DNA of 64,000 nucleotides from Planctomycetota bacterium (GTDB lineage Bacteria; Planctomycetota; UBA8108; SXIK01): NCBI GenBank assembly GCA_965223265.1, contig OZ244999.1, positions 5,632,001 to 5,696,000 of the forward strand, read 5' to 3'. Shown piece by piece: positions 40,019 to 51,620 of this stretch (position 1 is its first letter; each line of letters starts with the position of its first letter). The notes under the pieces were generated by a model. It saw only the letters and a program-made list of their open reading frames with translations, ran no database searches and was not told where the DNA came from. The position numbers and the translations under genes were made by a program.

Positions 40019-41113
40019 TCAATCACCCGCGGCGACTATCCCGACATCATCCAGCGTCTCCGCGCTCAGCACCCGATCGAGCCACGCCTCGAGTTCGGGG
40101 AGACCCGAAGTGGTTTCGACCGCTTCCACGACAGCTCCCGGGAGGGTTCCGAAACGCTGTCCAAGCTGCCGAAGAAGCATCCCGCGCAGAGCGATGAGTT
40201 GTCCTTCTTCTCGGCCTTCTTGCCGGCCCTCTTCTCGGCCTTCTTGCCGGCCCTCTTCTCGGCCTTTGGCCATCATAGCTTCTGCGGCAGTCCTTCCCAT
40301 GGCCACGATCTCCTGCTTGTCAATGGGCCTGCGAGCGGAGGTCTCGATCGTCTTCTGGAACCGAGCAAATTCGCCCTCCTCTCGATAATGATAAACCATC
40401 GCATGGACGTACGAAAGAAGCTCACGCCAGCGGTCATGATCGTCAGCGGAGATCGCCTCCAGCTGTTCAACGACGCGTCTGAGCAAAGGCTCAAACACGC
40501 TCGGCTCCGAGAGGCGCTCCTTCAAAAGACCCAAAACCCAGCCCAAAAACCCGCCGCGACGCGTGAGCGTCGCCGCTGAAGTCGCCGGTAAGTTGACGAA
40601 AAGCGACTCGAACTGCGGGATGAACTCCGCGAAGACCCCACCCGACTCCACCAAATCGACCAATGAACCGACTTTGTCCCACCGCTGGACGCCGGTATAG
40701 AAGACGAGCGGTAGGACCGGGGAGAGCAGGCGCTGACGCGAGCGCGGCTTCCGCCGCTCCTCTCGCTGCTGGAGTCTATAGATCTGTAGCATGTATTCAA
40801 GAAGACGCAGTGGCATGGCGCGATCGGGTTCGGACTGATGTTCAATGAGGATATAGACCAAGATCGATCCGCGCCGCCTGTCGGTTCGCTGCCTACCGAA
40901 CGGCGCACGCAGGACCACGTCCGATGCCGCGTGCCTGTAGTCACCGCCGACGAAGTGGGTCTTGAGCAGCCTCAGCCGAGCAAAGTCGATGTGCTCGACG
41001 ATCTCTTCGCCAGTGATCCTCAACAGGTCGCGAACATTCGCCGGCTGCTCGAGGAGCAGCTTGACGCCGTTCTCTGGGAACTGCCGGACAATCTCCTGAA
41101 ATCTTCTCTTCAC
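40019..41113 (-). CDS. Rpn family recombination-promoting nuclease/putative transposase
   Basis: SDVV, YILIEHQS, MPLRLLEY and PLVFYTG motifs, GREEGRQE repeats and a C-terminal helical domain. Confidence 0.9.
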   Translation of the reverse strand: MKRRFQEIVRQFPENGVKLLLEQPANVRDLLRITGEEIVEHIDFARLRLLKTHFVGGDYRHAASDVVLRAPFGRQRTDRRRGSILVYILIEHQSEPDRAMPLRLLEYMLQIYRLQQREERRKPRSRQRLLSPVLPLVFYTGVQRWDKVGSLVDLVESGGVFAEFIPQFESLFVNLPATSAATLTRRGGFLGWVLGLLKERLSEPSVFEPLLRRVVEQLEAISADDHDRWRELLSYVHAMVYHYREEGEFARFQKTIETSARRPIDKQEIVAMGRTAAEAMMAKGREEGRQEGREEGRQEGREEGQLIALRGMLLRQLGQRFGTLPGAVVEAVETTSGLPELEAWLDRVLSAETLDDVGIVAAGD

Positions 41114-41574
41114 ACGTCTCCTCCTCGCACTCAGCTGGCGGCGTCATCGACGTCAAAGAGGAAACTTCGCAAAGGAGCTGCCAGGCGTACGAGAAAAACC
41201 GAACTCGTTGATCGCAGGGATGTTCCGACGTTCGTGGTGCGGCGGGTGGCCACAGTACCCCCCAACTGTCCGCTCGGATCCGGACAGTGTGTCAGAAACG
41301 AACGATCATGGTCGACCGCGATCGGCTCTAACGGCCTGCCTGAAAAAGTGCTTCGAACTGAAAACTGGTCGGCGTCCAGATCAGCCGCGGCGAACGGCGA
41401 GGCTCGCCGCGGCTGATCTGGGCGTGAAGCGGCCGGTTTCTCAGCCGAATGACTTTTTCAGGCGGGCTGCCAAGGCTAAGGCCAGCGGTAGGTTCGAAAT
41501 GGAAGTTTGGTCGGCTGACCTGCGCCGCACGGCAACCCTTTGAGTTACGATGATCTGAGGATTCTCGAGATTCC

Positions 41575-44187
41575 TTGTCAGAACTCACTCTCGCCCAGCG
41601 AATAGTGGGTGAGATGCAGGAACTCATGGAACATCACCTCAGAGTGCAAGACCTGATCGAACGCGCCCCCCTCGAGGACCGCGACGCCTTCGACGAGTTG
41701 ATCGTCGGTCTGCTGACGCACCCGGATCCCATCCTGCTTCTGCAGTATCTCGACTCGAAAGGAAAAGGCAGAATGAAACACGAGCGACCGAAACGATCAA
41801 AAGTTGCAGTGGTCGTCGTCGTTGCTGCACTGTTCTTTTGCAGCGTCGCTCTTCGCTCGTTTTGGGCCGCGACCGCCTCGGGAGCCCGGCTCGAGCCTCT
41901 ATCGCTGGCCGAACAGGGGCACCCCCGAGCCGTGATCACAGTAGCGGATGGTGCTTCGCCAGAGGTCTCAGAGACGGCGCATGACCTGTCGGACATCATC
42001 TTCAAGATGTCGGGAGCACGCCTGCCGGTCGTCTCGAAGGCCGGAGAGCAGTCGAGCCTCGCACTCGGCGTACAGGACCAAGATCGATCGCTCCCGCCGC
42101 TAGCGTATCACGTGTTGCGAAACGGCGACGTGCTCTACTTCTCTGGCGGATCAGACCAAGGCGTCGTCAACGGAGTCTATGCTTTTCTCGAACAGCAGCT
42201 CGGTTGTCGGTGGTACACCCCCGACGCGCTGGGCGAGCACATTCCCCGACGCGCAACCATCACGGTCGGCGACGTGACGATGCAGGACTCGCCGGACTTC
42301 AAAAGTTTCGCAGGCTTCGGCAGGCATCCGGACGCCGAAGCGTCAAGGCTGTGGATGCGGCGCAACCGCCTCGAAGGATTTCCGCGCCAGTTTCACAGCC
42401 ACAACTGGTTCAAAATCATCCCGCCTGAGTCTATCGACGAGCACCCAGAGTGGTTCGCTCTCCTGGGCGATGCTCGGAGCACACGCCAGCTCTGCACGAC
42501 GCATCCAGGCGTGCTGAAAATGACCGTCGACAAGGCGCGCCGCTACTTTGATGCGCACCCCGAGGCGCAGAGCTTCTCCCTCAGTCCGAATGACCACAGA
42601 GGATTCTGTCGCTGCGACACTTGCCATACCCTCGACGCGAAACTGGGAATCGATCCCTTTGTCCCCGGCGGCTCTCTTTCGGACCGGCTCGTATATTTCT
42701 TCAACCAGGTCGCCACGCAAGTGGTCAAGACCCATCCAGAGAGACGCCTCGCGTTCTACGCGTACCTCACCTACACCAAGCCCCCCAAGGTCGTGAAGCC
42801 TCACCCAATGTTGCAGCCGTTCTTAGTTCACACGCCGTGGGACTACTGCATGAACCATCCGATCGACGACCCCGATTGCGAGCGCAACCGCTCGTTCGTC
42901 GAAAGCACCCTCGGGTGGCGCAAGCTCAGCTCGGATCTCGGTATGTACGATTACTATGGCCACTGGTCTCTTGGCGGACCGATTGGCATGGTGCACAGGA
43001 TCCGGCGTGATCTTCCCTGGTTGCTTCGCCACGGCGGCGCCGCATTCTACGCCGAGGCTCATTCGCAGTGGTGGACTCAAGGGCTGAATCTCTATCTGCC
43101 GCCAAAGCTCGCCTGGGATATCGATGCTGACGTGGACGCCATCGTCGCTGAGTACTACAATAACATGTTCGGCCCCGCCGCCGCCGCGGTCTTCGCGTAC
43201 GGTCAGATGTTCGAGGACGTGCTGGCGCACGTGCCGAAAGATGCAGAGCGTGACTACCAACAGGCGTTCTTAACTGCCATGACGCCGGAATACCTCGCGC
43301 GGGCAGCGGCTCTGCTCGACCAGGCCCAGAATCGCTTCGAAAACGCCAACCTGGGCCGTGAGGCGGCCAAGATCGCTGCGCGCCTCCGACGCTATCGATA
43401 TGGGCTGCGTATCATTGAGCAGCAGGCCTTGGAGAAACAGGCTCGCCAGGCAGGCCGAATGGCGAAGGTGGTCGGTCACTTGAACGCGCTGATGTCCATC
43501 CTAGATGAAGTCGCTGCCGACCCGGAACTCGAGGGCATGATGGAACTCCACTTCGTGCGGCTGTTCGCTCGGCACGAGCTCATTCGTCTGCCGCCCTACG
43601 ACCGAATCTGGCAGCAGGCTGTCCAGTCGCCGCAACGTCGCGCGGATCTTCGTCGCCGGCTCGACGAGAATCACACGCGCGACGTGGCGCGAGCGCTCGG
43701 GTACTGGAACGACTGGTACATCGTGGGACTCTGGACGAACCCCGACGGCGACCCCATGGGGATGCACTACCCGCCCGAAGACAAGGTCGATCTCGACGCC
43801 AAGTATCAGATGAGGGGCGGTGAAGCCGGTTGGCAGCTCCACCGATCCGAAAGTGCGTACGGCATTGTGGACCTACGCGCGCACTTCCAACCTCAGGACT
43901 CAGAGTACACAATGGCGTACGCCTACACGCGCGTGAACACGCGCCGCGACGCCGAAGTGTTTTTAGACGTCATGTGCGACGATGACATCGTCGTGTGGGT
44001 CAATGATCGGCTGGTGTTCGCCGGTGGAGCGGGAAATCACAGCTTCAACCTCCACCTCGGCGTGCGACTCGACCGAGGCGAAAACCGCATTCTCGCCAAA
44101 ATACTCAACCGTCCGCACGCCTTTAACTTTTCCGTCCGGATCGTGACGGAAGACGGACGGCCCCACGATGCGGTGGTGTGGGAGTAG
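41575..44187 (+). CDS. DUF4838-type secreted glycoside hydrolase-like protein (likely start 41773)
   Basis: GVYAFLEQQLGCRW, HPEWFAL, QLCTTHP, SLSPND..GFCRC..C and FYAY motifs; TM/signal follows Met 41773. Confidence 0.75.
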   Translation: MSELTLAQRIVGEMQELMEHHLRVQDLIERAPLEDRDAFDELIVGLLTHPDPILLLQYLDSKGKGRMKHERPKRSKVAVVVVVAALFFCSVALRSFWAATASGARLEPLSLAEQGHPRAVITVADGASPEVSETAHDLSDIIFKMSGARLPVVSKAGEQSSLALGVQDQDRSLPPLAYHVLRNGDVLYFSGGSDQGVVNGVYAFLEQQLGCRWYTPDALGEHIPRRATITVGDVTMQDSPDFKSFAGFGRHPDAEASRLWMRRNRLEGFPRQFHSHNWFKIIPPESIDEHPEWFALLGDARSTRQLCTTHPGVLKMTVDKARRYFDAHPEAQSFSLSPNDHRGFCRCDTCHTLDAKLGIDPFVPGGSLSDRLVYFFNQVATQVVKTHPERRLAFYAYLTYTKPPKVVKPHPMLQPFLVHTPWDYCMNHPIDDPDCERNRSFVESTLGWRKLSSDLGMYDYYGHWSLGGPIGMVHRIRRDLPWLLRHGGAAFYAEAHSQWWTQGLNLYLPPKLAWDIDADVDAIVAEYYNNMFGPAAAAVFAYGQMFEDVLAHVPKDAERDYQQAFLTAMTPEYLARAAALLDQAQNRFENANLGREAAKIAARLRRYRYGLRIIEQQALEKQARQAGRMAKVVGHLNALMSILDEVAADPELEGMMELHFVRLFARHELIRLPPYDRIWQQAVQSPQRRADLRRRLDENHTRDVARALGYWNDWYIVGLWTNPDGDPMGMHYPPEDKVDLDAKYQMRGGEAGWQLHRSESAYGIVDLRAHFQPQDSEYTMAYAYTRVNTRRDAEVFLDVMCDDDIVVWVNDRLVFAGGAGNHSFNLHLGVRLDRGENRILAKILNRPHAFNFSVRIVTEDGRPHDAVVWE

Positions 44188-44220
44188 CCGCTACCCATAG
44201 GGGGGTGTTCAGCCCAAGAT

Positions 44221-44357
<137 letters not shown>

Positions 44358-44511
44358 CAGAGAGCCATCCTTTTCACCAATTGCCTGTGAGTCGCTACGA
44401 GCCGCAGGCGCTCGTGATGCTCTCTTGAAGAGTTCCAAGAGATCACCACCGAGCGTCTGCGCTTCGTCGAAGAGTGCGACGCCCGTGACTTGCAGCTGAC
44501 GTCGGCAAGTC

Positions 44512-47500
44512 TCAGCTTTCCCCTGTCTGCGGACAGCTCTCCGGCGGGGTCCAGCAGCCCCATCCCAGCGGTGCGTCGACTGCGAAGTTGCCGGGGCCGC
44601 ACTCGGGGTAGGGAGCAATCGGCGCCAGGCCGGTGGCAAAAAGGAAGTTGAGAACCGAGATGGGATCGGCGATGTCGATCGCGGCATCGCCGTTGACGTT
44701 GAGCGCGACCACACAGCCCGGCGTCTCGCCGTCGGCAAAGAGCCAGTTGAGCGTGCACACAGCGTCTGAGAGGTCGACCTGGCCATCATCGTTACAGTCG
44801 CCGCGCAGGAAGGACGGGTTTTCGACCTCGATCATTGAGACAATATCGAGGCTGATGATCGGATCCTCAGGCGGACCGGCCATGGCCATTTGACGCAGCG
44901 TATGAAAACCGGGACTGAGGGGCCGTAGAAGCACGGAATATCCCCCGAGGGCCCACCAGGCTGGACCTCCGTTTCCGACATCGGAATAGTCCCCAAAGAA
45001 GCAGCCGTTGCCACGGTGCTCCGGCGCAAAAAAGTCACGGTTCGGGCCCTCGTCGACAGACACGGAAAAGGCTGAAACAGAGTCCACAAGTGCCGTCACC
45101 CGGTTCAGGCACGCGGTGTCGCTACAGCTCACACACTGCTGGTGAGCCCGGAACTGCATGACGATGGGAGCGCCGTATGGCACCTTGCATGTGTACTCGA
45201 TCACCACCGCTCCGCCACCTCGTATGGTACCAGGTAAGAAAAAGACGGGTCCCATCTGCTCGACTTTGCATTCGACGTCTTGATTGATGTCCGGGTTGCC
45301 CTCGTCCGGAAGCGCCCTAAACCACTGGAAGTGCTCAAGCGTCCACTCAAACGCGGTCTTGCCGTCGATCACCGTCCCCGACGGATAGATCTCGCTCGCG
45401 GACCCCGTTTCGTCGCCGCGCGCAGACTCCGCGACGCCCACCCCCATAGCAAGGGCCGCCGAGAGAAGAATGTCTCGTGCCTTCATGACGTTCCTTTCTG
45501 GGTTCTTTGCCAATTGAAGTTGCACCACCCCCCAAGCTGCTCTCGCGAGCAGTCGGCTGCGCGGGTGGTCGGGGTCGAGCTTGAGTGCGGACTCACAAGC
45601 CTCCGCGAGCTCGACCACTGGAGGTGCGCTCGTCCGGTCACGTGAGAGCAAAATCTGCCGCAACAGCGTGACCACAAGCAGGTGATGCGCGTCGAGACTG
45701 TCCGGATCAGCTCGTCGCGCTTGACGCGCAGCGTCCGCTGCGCCTCGCCAATCTTTCGAGTTCAGAAGCAACATCGCTACCCGACGTTCGTGGACGGCTG
45801 GCGCGACGACTTTCTTCGCCCATCGCACCGCGCCGTCGTGCTCCATCAAGGATTCATAGACGGCGGAGATCCACAGCGCGGTCTCGTCGGGAGTCCGCAC
45901 CGAAACGCTCTCGTGCAGCCTCTCGAAGAGCTTCTCGGCGACGCCGTGCTGGTCGGCGGCGAGATAGGTCTTTCCCAGGAGGAGCTCAGGCTCGAGAGCG
46001 CCCGGGGATCGATGACGCGCTACAGCAAAGTGCTCCGTCGCCTTTGCGAAACTCAACTTAGCGCGCTCGGGCTTCCCGGTTTTCTGCGACAGACCGCGCT
46101 CGAGGTACGCGGCGCCGAGCGCGAGGTGCGCTTCGATGCGAAAACCGACGTAGGGCTCGGCGCGCTCGCCGGCAAAGAGTGTTTCGTAAGCACGGATCGC
46201 TTTGTTCCAGTTGCCGTTGTGGAGAGCAGTGTGCGCGTCGAGCCAAGTATTGAGTTCGTCAACGGCTGCTCCCTTGAGCGCCTCGAGACGCTCGTCCTCA
46301 TCGTCAACATCATCGCCACCTTCGATCTCCATCTGGAGCACGGCGGCGGGAAGGAACGTCGGGTTGATCCCGAGCGCCCGCTCCGCGGCATTCGCCGCGA
46401 GCTCTCGTTCGCCGAGCAGCTGATACGCACGCGCCAGGTGATAGTGCGCATCGATCTCTTCCGGCAGCAACTCGGTGAGAGCTTGCAGGTCCTCGGCAAC
46501 CTCGCGGAGTGGACTCTTCTTACCCTCCGGCGTCGCGAGCTCGAGATCCTTCAGCTGGCGCTTCTGAATTCCCTGCGACCAGACGCGAAACGCCGGACCC
46601 GCCTGCAGGCTGAACTCTCCCACCAACAGCCTCACAACCGCCTCGCGCACCGCGGCGGGGTACTCGGCTAGCTTCTTCTGCGTCTCCGCCAGTTCTTTCT
46701 CAGTCTCGAACCGCGCGCTCCGGTAGGCGAACCAACCGGTCAGTCCACCGAGGAGCGCCAGCAGGAGGATGACGCCCACGGCCAATCGGTGACGACGGAA
46801 AAAGCGCGCGAGCCGCTGGCGCGGTCGCTCCGGCCGCGCTTCGATCGCGTCGCCGCGCACGAACCGCCTGAGATCTTGCCCTAGCGCCTCGGCTGTTCCA
46901 TAGCGATCGCCGGCGTCTTTCCTAAGACACTTGAGCACGACCGTTTCGAGATCCTGAGGGACTCGCGGATTTTCCTTCCGCAGCTCCACGGGATCACGCT
47001 CGATGATCTGTGAGAGCGTGTCGGCGTGGTCCTTGCCGCGAAACGGCGGCCGTCCACAAAGCGCCTCGTACATCGTCGCACCGAGCGAATAGATGTCCGT
47101 TCGGTGATCGACGGGAATCTTTTTCCGCCGCGCCTGCTCCGGACTCATGTAGAGCAGCGTACCGACCACGTCGCCGGAAAGCGTCAGCGACTCTTCACCT
47201 TCGAGGTGAGCGAGACCAAAGTCGAGGATGCGGAGGCGACCGGGGTCGCTCCTCCCGCTCGTCACCTCTCCGCCCGCTCGCGGCCACGTCTCGAGGTCGA
47301 GGATCAGGTTCGACGGCTTGATGTCGCGATGGATGACGCCCTTTGAGTGCGCGTGCTGGAGACCATCCGCGACCTCGGCGAAGGCTTCAGCAATCTTCTC
47401 GAAGTAACCCGGGCGATCCTTCTTTCCAAAGACCGTCGGCGTCTCCGGCTCCGCGTCCCTGATCTTCGCGAGGATCTTCGCGAGGATCTTCGCGAGGATC

Positions 47501-47532
47501 TTCGCCAGCGTCTCGCCGTCGACGTACTCCAT
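44512..47532 (-). pseudogene. 3' part of interrupted Ser/Thr kinase (C-lobe, TM, TPR-like region, dockerin-like end)
   Basis: Begins at MEYVDGETL and has HRDIKPSN, DFG, MSPEQ and DIYSLG. It lacks the Gly-loop and VALK, which are at 61487-61945. Confidence 0.9.
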
Positions 47533-47718
47533 GGCGGACGATGGGAGTGACGGACGGGTGAATCACGCCGGATCAAAACCGATTCGTAAACCGTCAACCG
47601 CAGGCACTTAGGACGTTCAGAGCCCCATAACTCGCCCGTCTGCCGTCCCTGTTTACCGGCATTCTGGGGTTTCTGGTTGTGCCTTCATTGTGCCTCGATT
47701 GACCGCCGAAGTAGGAAC

Positions 47719-49158
47719 ATGGACGAACGCTATCGCTACGAAGATGTCATTGGAACGAACTACCGCCTGGGTGCCCTGTTCAAGCCGAACCAGGGGAAGA
47801 AGCCCAAAAGCAAGGTTCACTGGCACAGTCGAATCACACGGAAGAATCCCGCCACGGGCAAGTGGGAGAAGGCAACGCCGTACAAGCAGAGCGGCGGTAG
47901 CACGGATAAGAACGAAGCCAAGAGGAAACTCTGGAAGTGGTGCGTTGAGCAACACCAGCGAGACGAGAATCTCGTCGTTGCCAGAACCTTCGAGGATGCC
48001 GCCGAGGAATGGATTGAGGATTTCAAGAAGCAGGTCGAGCTTGAAAAGACGAGGAAGTCCACCACGCTGACGAACTACCGCTCAACGATCAAGTTGCTGA
48101 ACTCGGCGAAACTCGAAAGGCGGCGGACGACGCTCGGTCAACTCAATCTCTGCGACCTGCGGATGTCGGACATCACCGACTTGCAACGGTCAGATGCTTA
48201 TCTCAAGAGCAGTCGAGGCGAACGGACGCTCTCGTCCAAGCAGCAAATCCTCAAGTGCCTGAAGTCCTTTCTGACTTGGTGTGCAGCAAGGGACGACGGA
48301 CGCTACATCGCCAAGGTTCCCTCGTTCAATGTGCTGCCGGGCGGCAAACCGAGAAAGCGAAAGGCGGTTCGGCTCGAACTCACCGACCTAATGAACTTGT
48401 TCCACCGCATTCAGATGAAGGTGGATTTCGAAGGACTCCCGGTCGAGAACCTCTGGATACTGTGCTTGCTCTTGATTCGTACGCCACTGCGTAAAAACTG
48501 TTGTCTGCGGCTTCGATGGAACCAGCACTCGACCGAAGGTTGGGTGGATTTGCAAAACGGGTGGATAGTCGTTCCCGAGGGTTTCACCAAGAGAGGCGTT
48601 CCCTTCTCTTTCCCCCTTTGCGACGAGCTGTGGAAGATACTCACCCTCGCTTACGAAGACCGTCCGAAGGACGAGTACGTCCTGGCGAATATGCGGACAC
48701 GAAACGATATCCCAAGATCCTGGTACGGGATCTTTCGTGAATGCTTGACCTCCGAGTCCTTGGATACGGCGGACGTGGAGAACTTCCGGTTGCATGATCT
48801 TCGCTCCGTGCTAATCACGCAACTCGACGAAGCCGTAATCGAGGAAGAAGAAGGCGGACGCATCATCCACAAGAGTATCCCCGAGAGCTACAAGCGACTT
48901 CTGGCAGATCACACACCTGGAAGCGATGAGCACGTGGGATACCGCACGCTTGATCACGAGCACAAACTTCGACGCTATATCAATGCGTTGCCCGCTCTCT
49001 TTGACCGAGAAGTCTTACCCGAGTGGTTGGGTGCCGAGATACTGAGAGATGTAAAGGTTGGAGTCGGCTCGACGGAAGAAACGACTGCCTACGACACCTC
49101 GGAGCTGGAGAGCATGAACACTTTTGATGCTCATTTCCCTGTAGAGACGGACACCTAA
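47719..49158 (+). CDS. Tyrosine recombinase/integrase
   Basis: Catalytic pattern TPLRKN (R), TKRG (K), RLHDLR (HxxR), LADH and HVGY (Y), with an N-terminal arm/SAM-like region. Confidence 0.8.
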   Translation: MDERYRYEDVIGTNYRLGALFKPNQGKKPKSKVHWHSRITRKNPATGKWEKATPYKQSGGSTDKNEAKRKLWKWCVEQHQRDENLVVARTFEDAAEEWIEDFKKQVELEKTRKSTTLTNYRSTIKLLNSAKLERRRTTLGQLNLCDLRMSDITDLQRSDAYLKSSRGERTLSSKQQILKCLKSFLTWCAARDDGRYIAKVPSFNVLPGGKPRKRKAVRLELTDLMNLFHRIQMKVDFEGLPVENLWILCLLLIRTPLRKNCCLRLRWNQHSTEGWVDLQNGWIVVPEGFTKRGVPFSFPLCDELWKILTLAYEDRPKDEYVLANMRTRNDIPRSWYGIFRECLTSESLDTADVENFRLHDLRSVLITQLDEAVIEEEEGGRIIHKSIPESYKRLLADHTPGSDEHVGYRTLDHEHKLRRYINALPALFDREVLPEWLGAEILRDVKVGVGSTEETTAYDTSELESMNTFDAHFPVETDT

Positions 49159-49495
49159 AGCAACTTCCACACCGACACAAAAGTTGCCCGAGCAGACTTG
49201 GTGCCGTTGAAAATCGGTTTCCTCTCCGAAGAAATCTCGAAAAAAGTCAGGTCCGCCTGACGGCCCTCCAACCCGCCTTCACGCTCACCGAGCCCATCTG
49301 CGTGTCGGGGATCGGGCCTGACAGTCTCCTCTCGATCCAGCATCTCGAATCCGTTGGCTACAAGAGGGAATGCGGGCAAGAGATTCGTCCGACTTGTGAC
49401 GTTCTCCCATTTCGGGAACCTTGTCATCAACGTACCCCGATTTGACGGTCTACGTGGGACATCCGAGACTTTAGCGGAACGAGGCTGGCTGCCTC

Positions 49496-50089
49496 ATGTC
49501 AACTTTTGAAACGATGGAGATGCCAATGACTTATCAAGATTTCTACGAAGCTGTTACTAATTCCAAAGAAGGTTGCCGCAACGGATTCAACGTCGTGGAG
49601 CAGATTTGCAAAGTCCACGGACTTCCGAAAGATCAGGTGATCGACTTTCTTCGTGACCGCTATGTGTCGTGCGACTGCGGTGTTCACATGAAACTGAAAC
49701 CCGGCGTCGTGTCTGAGGAGTGGAAGGAGATGCTGTGTCAGGAGGAGTCTGTCCGCAAAGCTTTCCGCCTCGACATGTGGGTTGGCTCCACCAAGTTGGC
49801 AGATATTGCAACTGAGGCAATCAAGGATCTGCTGCCTCGAAACCATCCTGAATGCAGGATCGTTGACGCTACAGCCTCAAACAAGAAACTGAACGTAATC
49901 CTTGAAATACCGGAGACGCTGAGCCCGGAACGAGTTCGTGACCTTCTCGAATCTCACTTTGACCTCTACCGCCAGTGCCCCGAGCATCCTCTATTCAATC
50001 ACTCAGCAATCAGGGTTGACGAGCCGGTGCCATTGCGGTCCACGGCGACCACAGGCCTAATGCGAGCTTGGGTGGAAGAGTCCTACTGA
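49496..50089 (+). CDS. Hypothetical protein, N-terminus DUF2695-like
   Basis: VIDFLRDRYVSCDCGV resembles the 'xCDCxV' motif. Confidence 0.5.
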   Translation: MSTFETMEMPMTYQDFYEAVTNSKEGCRNGFNVVEQICKVHGLPKDQVIDFLRDRYVSCDCGVHMKLKPGVVSEEWKEMLCQEESVRKAFRLDMWVGSTKLADIATEAIKDLLPRNHPECRIVDATASNKKLNVILEIPETLSPERVRDLLESHFDLYRQCPEHPLFNHSAIRVDEPVPLRSTATTGLMRAWVEESY

Positions 50090-51620
50090 GAAAATGAAAA
50101 ACTTTCTCGTTCGACCGTATGCGGCAACAACTCCAGCACGGAGCAACGGCGTCCGGGCGAATCACGTTGCGGGGAGCGGACGAGGAGAGCCAGAACGGCT
50201 CTGGTCGGAGAGTCATTCTTGGCCTGTGCGGTGATCTTCACTGCCTTTGGTAGTTTGGGTCGGGTTGAGCGGTGCGGCGATTCCAGACAAAGGAAACGGC
50301 AAGTTTAGGAAGCTGATCGATAAGTTAGAGAAAGTTGAGATTTCACATTTGATCTCGGGTATTATTACTAAAAAGACTTGCCTGTAAGGTGTCTTTGTCA
50401 AAGAGATGTAGTAGGTGAGACAGACACCGACATTCGGTGAGTAGTCCGGACCAGTGTTTCGACACGGTGAACACCGGACGTGTTCGATGATGATGGAAGG
50501 GAGAAGATGAAGGTTGAGATTCTCCCCCCAGATGTTCATTCAAATAGCATAAATCCCGCCTGACCCCACAGAGCCGTTCTTCGGCGTGCTGCGAGTTCGA
50601 AGATTGCTGGCCGAGGTGCCACAGAATCGACCGAAATCGACCGATTTCGAAAAAGTTGGGCGGAAATCGAAACGAAAGTCGTATTTCAGATGAAGGGCCT
50701 TAGCTCTTCCAGGGTTCCCGTGGAACCCTTTCCCACGGCGGGCGGTTTGCTGCAGGCGTGCATCGGAAAGCACGTGCTCCCAAGAGAAGCCACTGCAAGC
50801 CATACTCTGGGCTCTGTCAGTCCGTATAGCGGACATCGAGCTGTGGGGAGCCAAAGCCGAAAACCTGGAACGGAATCTGACACAGATTCCTACGCTGCCG
50901 AGGCTGCGAAAGTCTCGGGGGGCTTGCTGGGCTGGCAACCAGACTGCCGGACGTAAGCTGCAAGGGGTCGCTTACCGACTGAACCTTGCGTGAGTCTTCG
51001 TCGTGGGCAGAGGACACCAGGGAATTCGGTCTGAACGCAAGTCACTTCGACTTGCCATGGCTCGGGCGATAACCTGTGGAAAGCACGGTAAGGGCTTCCA
51101 CGGGGAAGAGCGGCACGGGGAGGTTGGTAATCGACAGGACAAGCAAAGAGTCCTGCCCCTGATGCCCCCGGTATGCCCTGACTTTGACAAAGGAAACAAT
51201 CAAGGAGAAGTGTTATGCCTAAGAAAGCCAAGTTGATAAAGGTCGTATCGTTCGGATGTGATCCGAAGCTACATTACAAAATCGAAGAGGCGGCCGAGCG
51301 AGAATCTCAGACAATCGCAGCGTTTGCCAGGCGGATCGTCCGGGAATACTTGAACGGCCAGGAAGAGAAGCTGAAAACCGACTGAGGATCGATCTTGTTC
51401 CCGAGGGGTGCTGGGCGTCAACGGTCTCCTCGGGACGATTAGAGACCAAGAATAGGCGATCTTCCAGACGGTAAACGTGTTCCACGGCATCGCCGACAAC
51501 ACGGCGTCTCTGTCAGGAGACAAGGGGCCGCCTCATTCTTCAAAGATGGCGATTTGAAAGAATGAAGATTCAGGGTGAGGGGTTCCGTTGGCTCTTCTAT
51601 GCCTGTCGTTGTCCGCTTGA

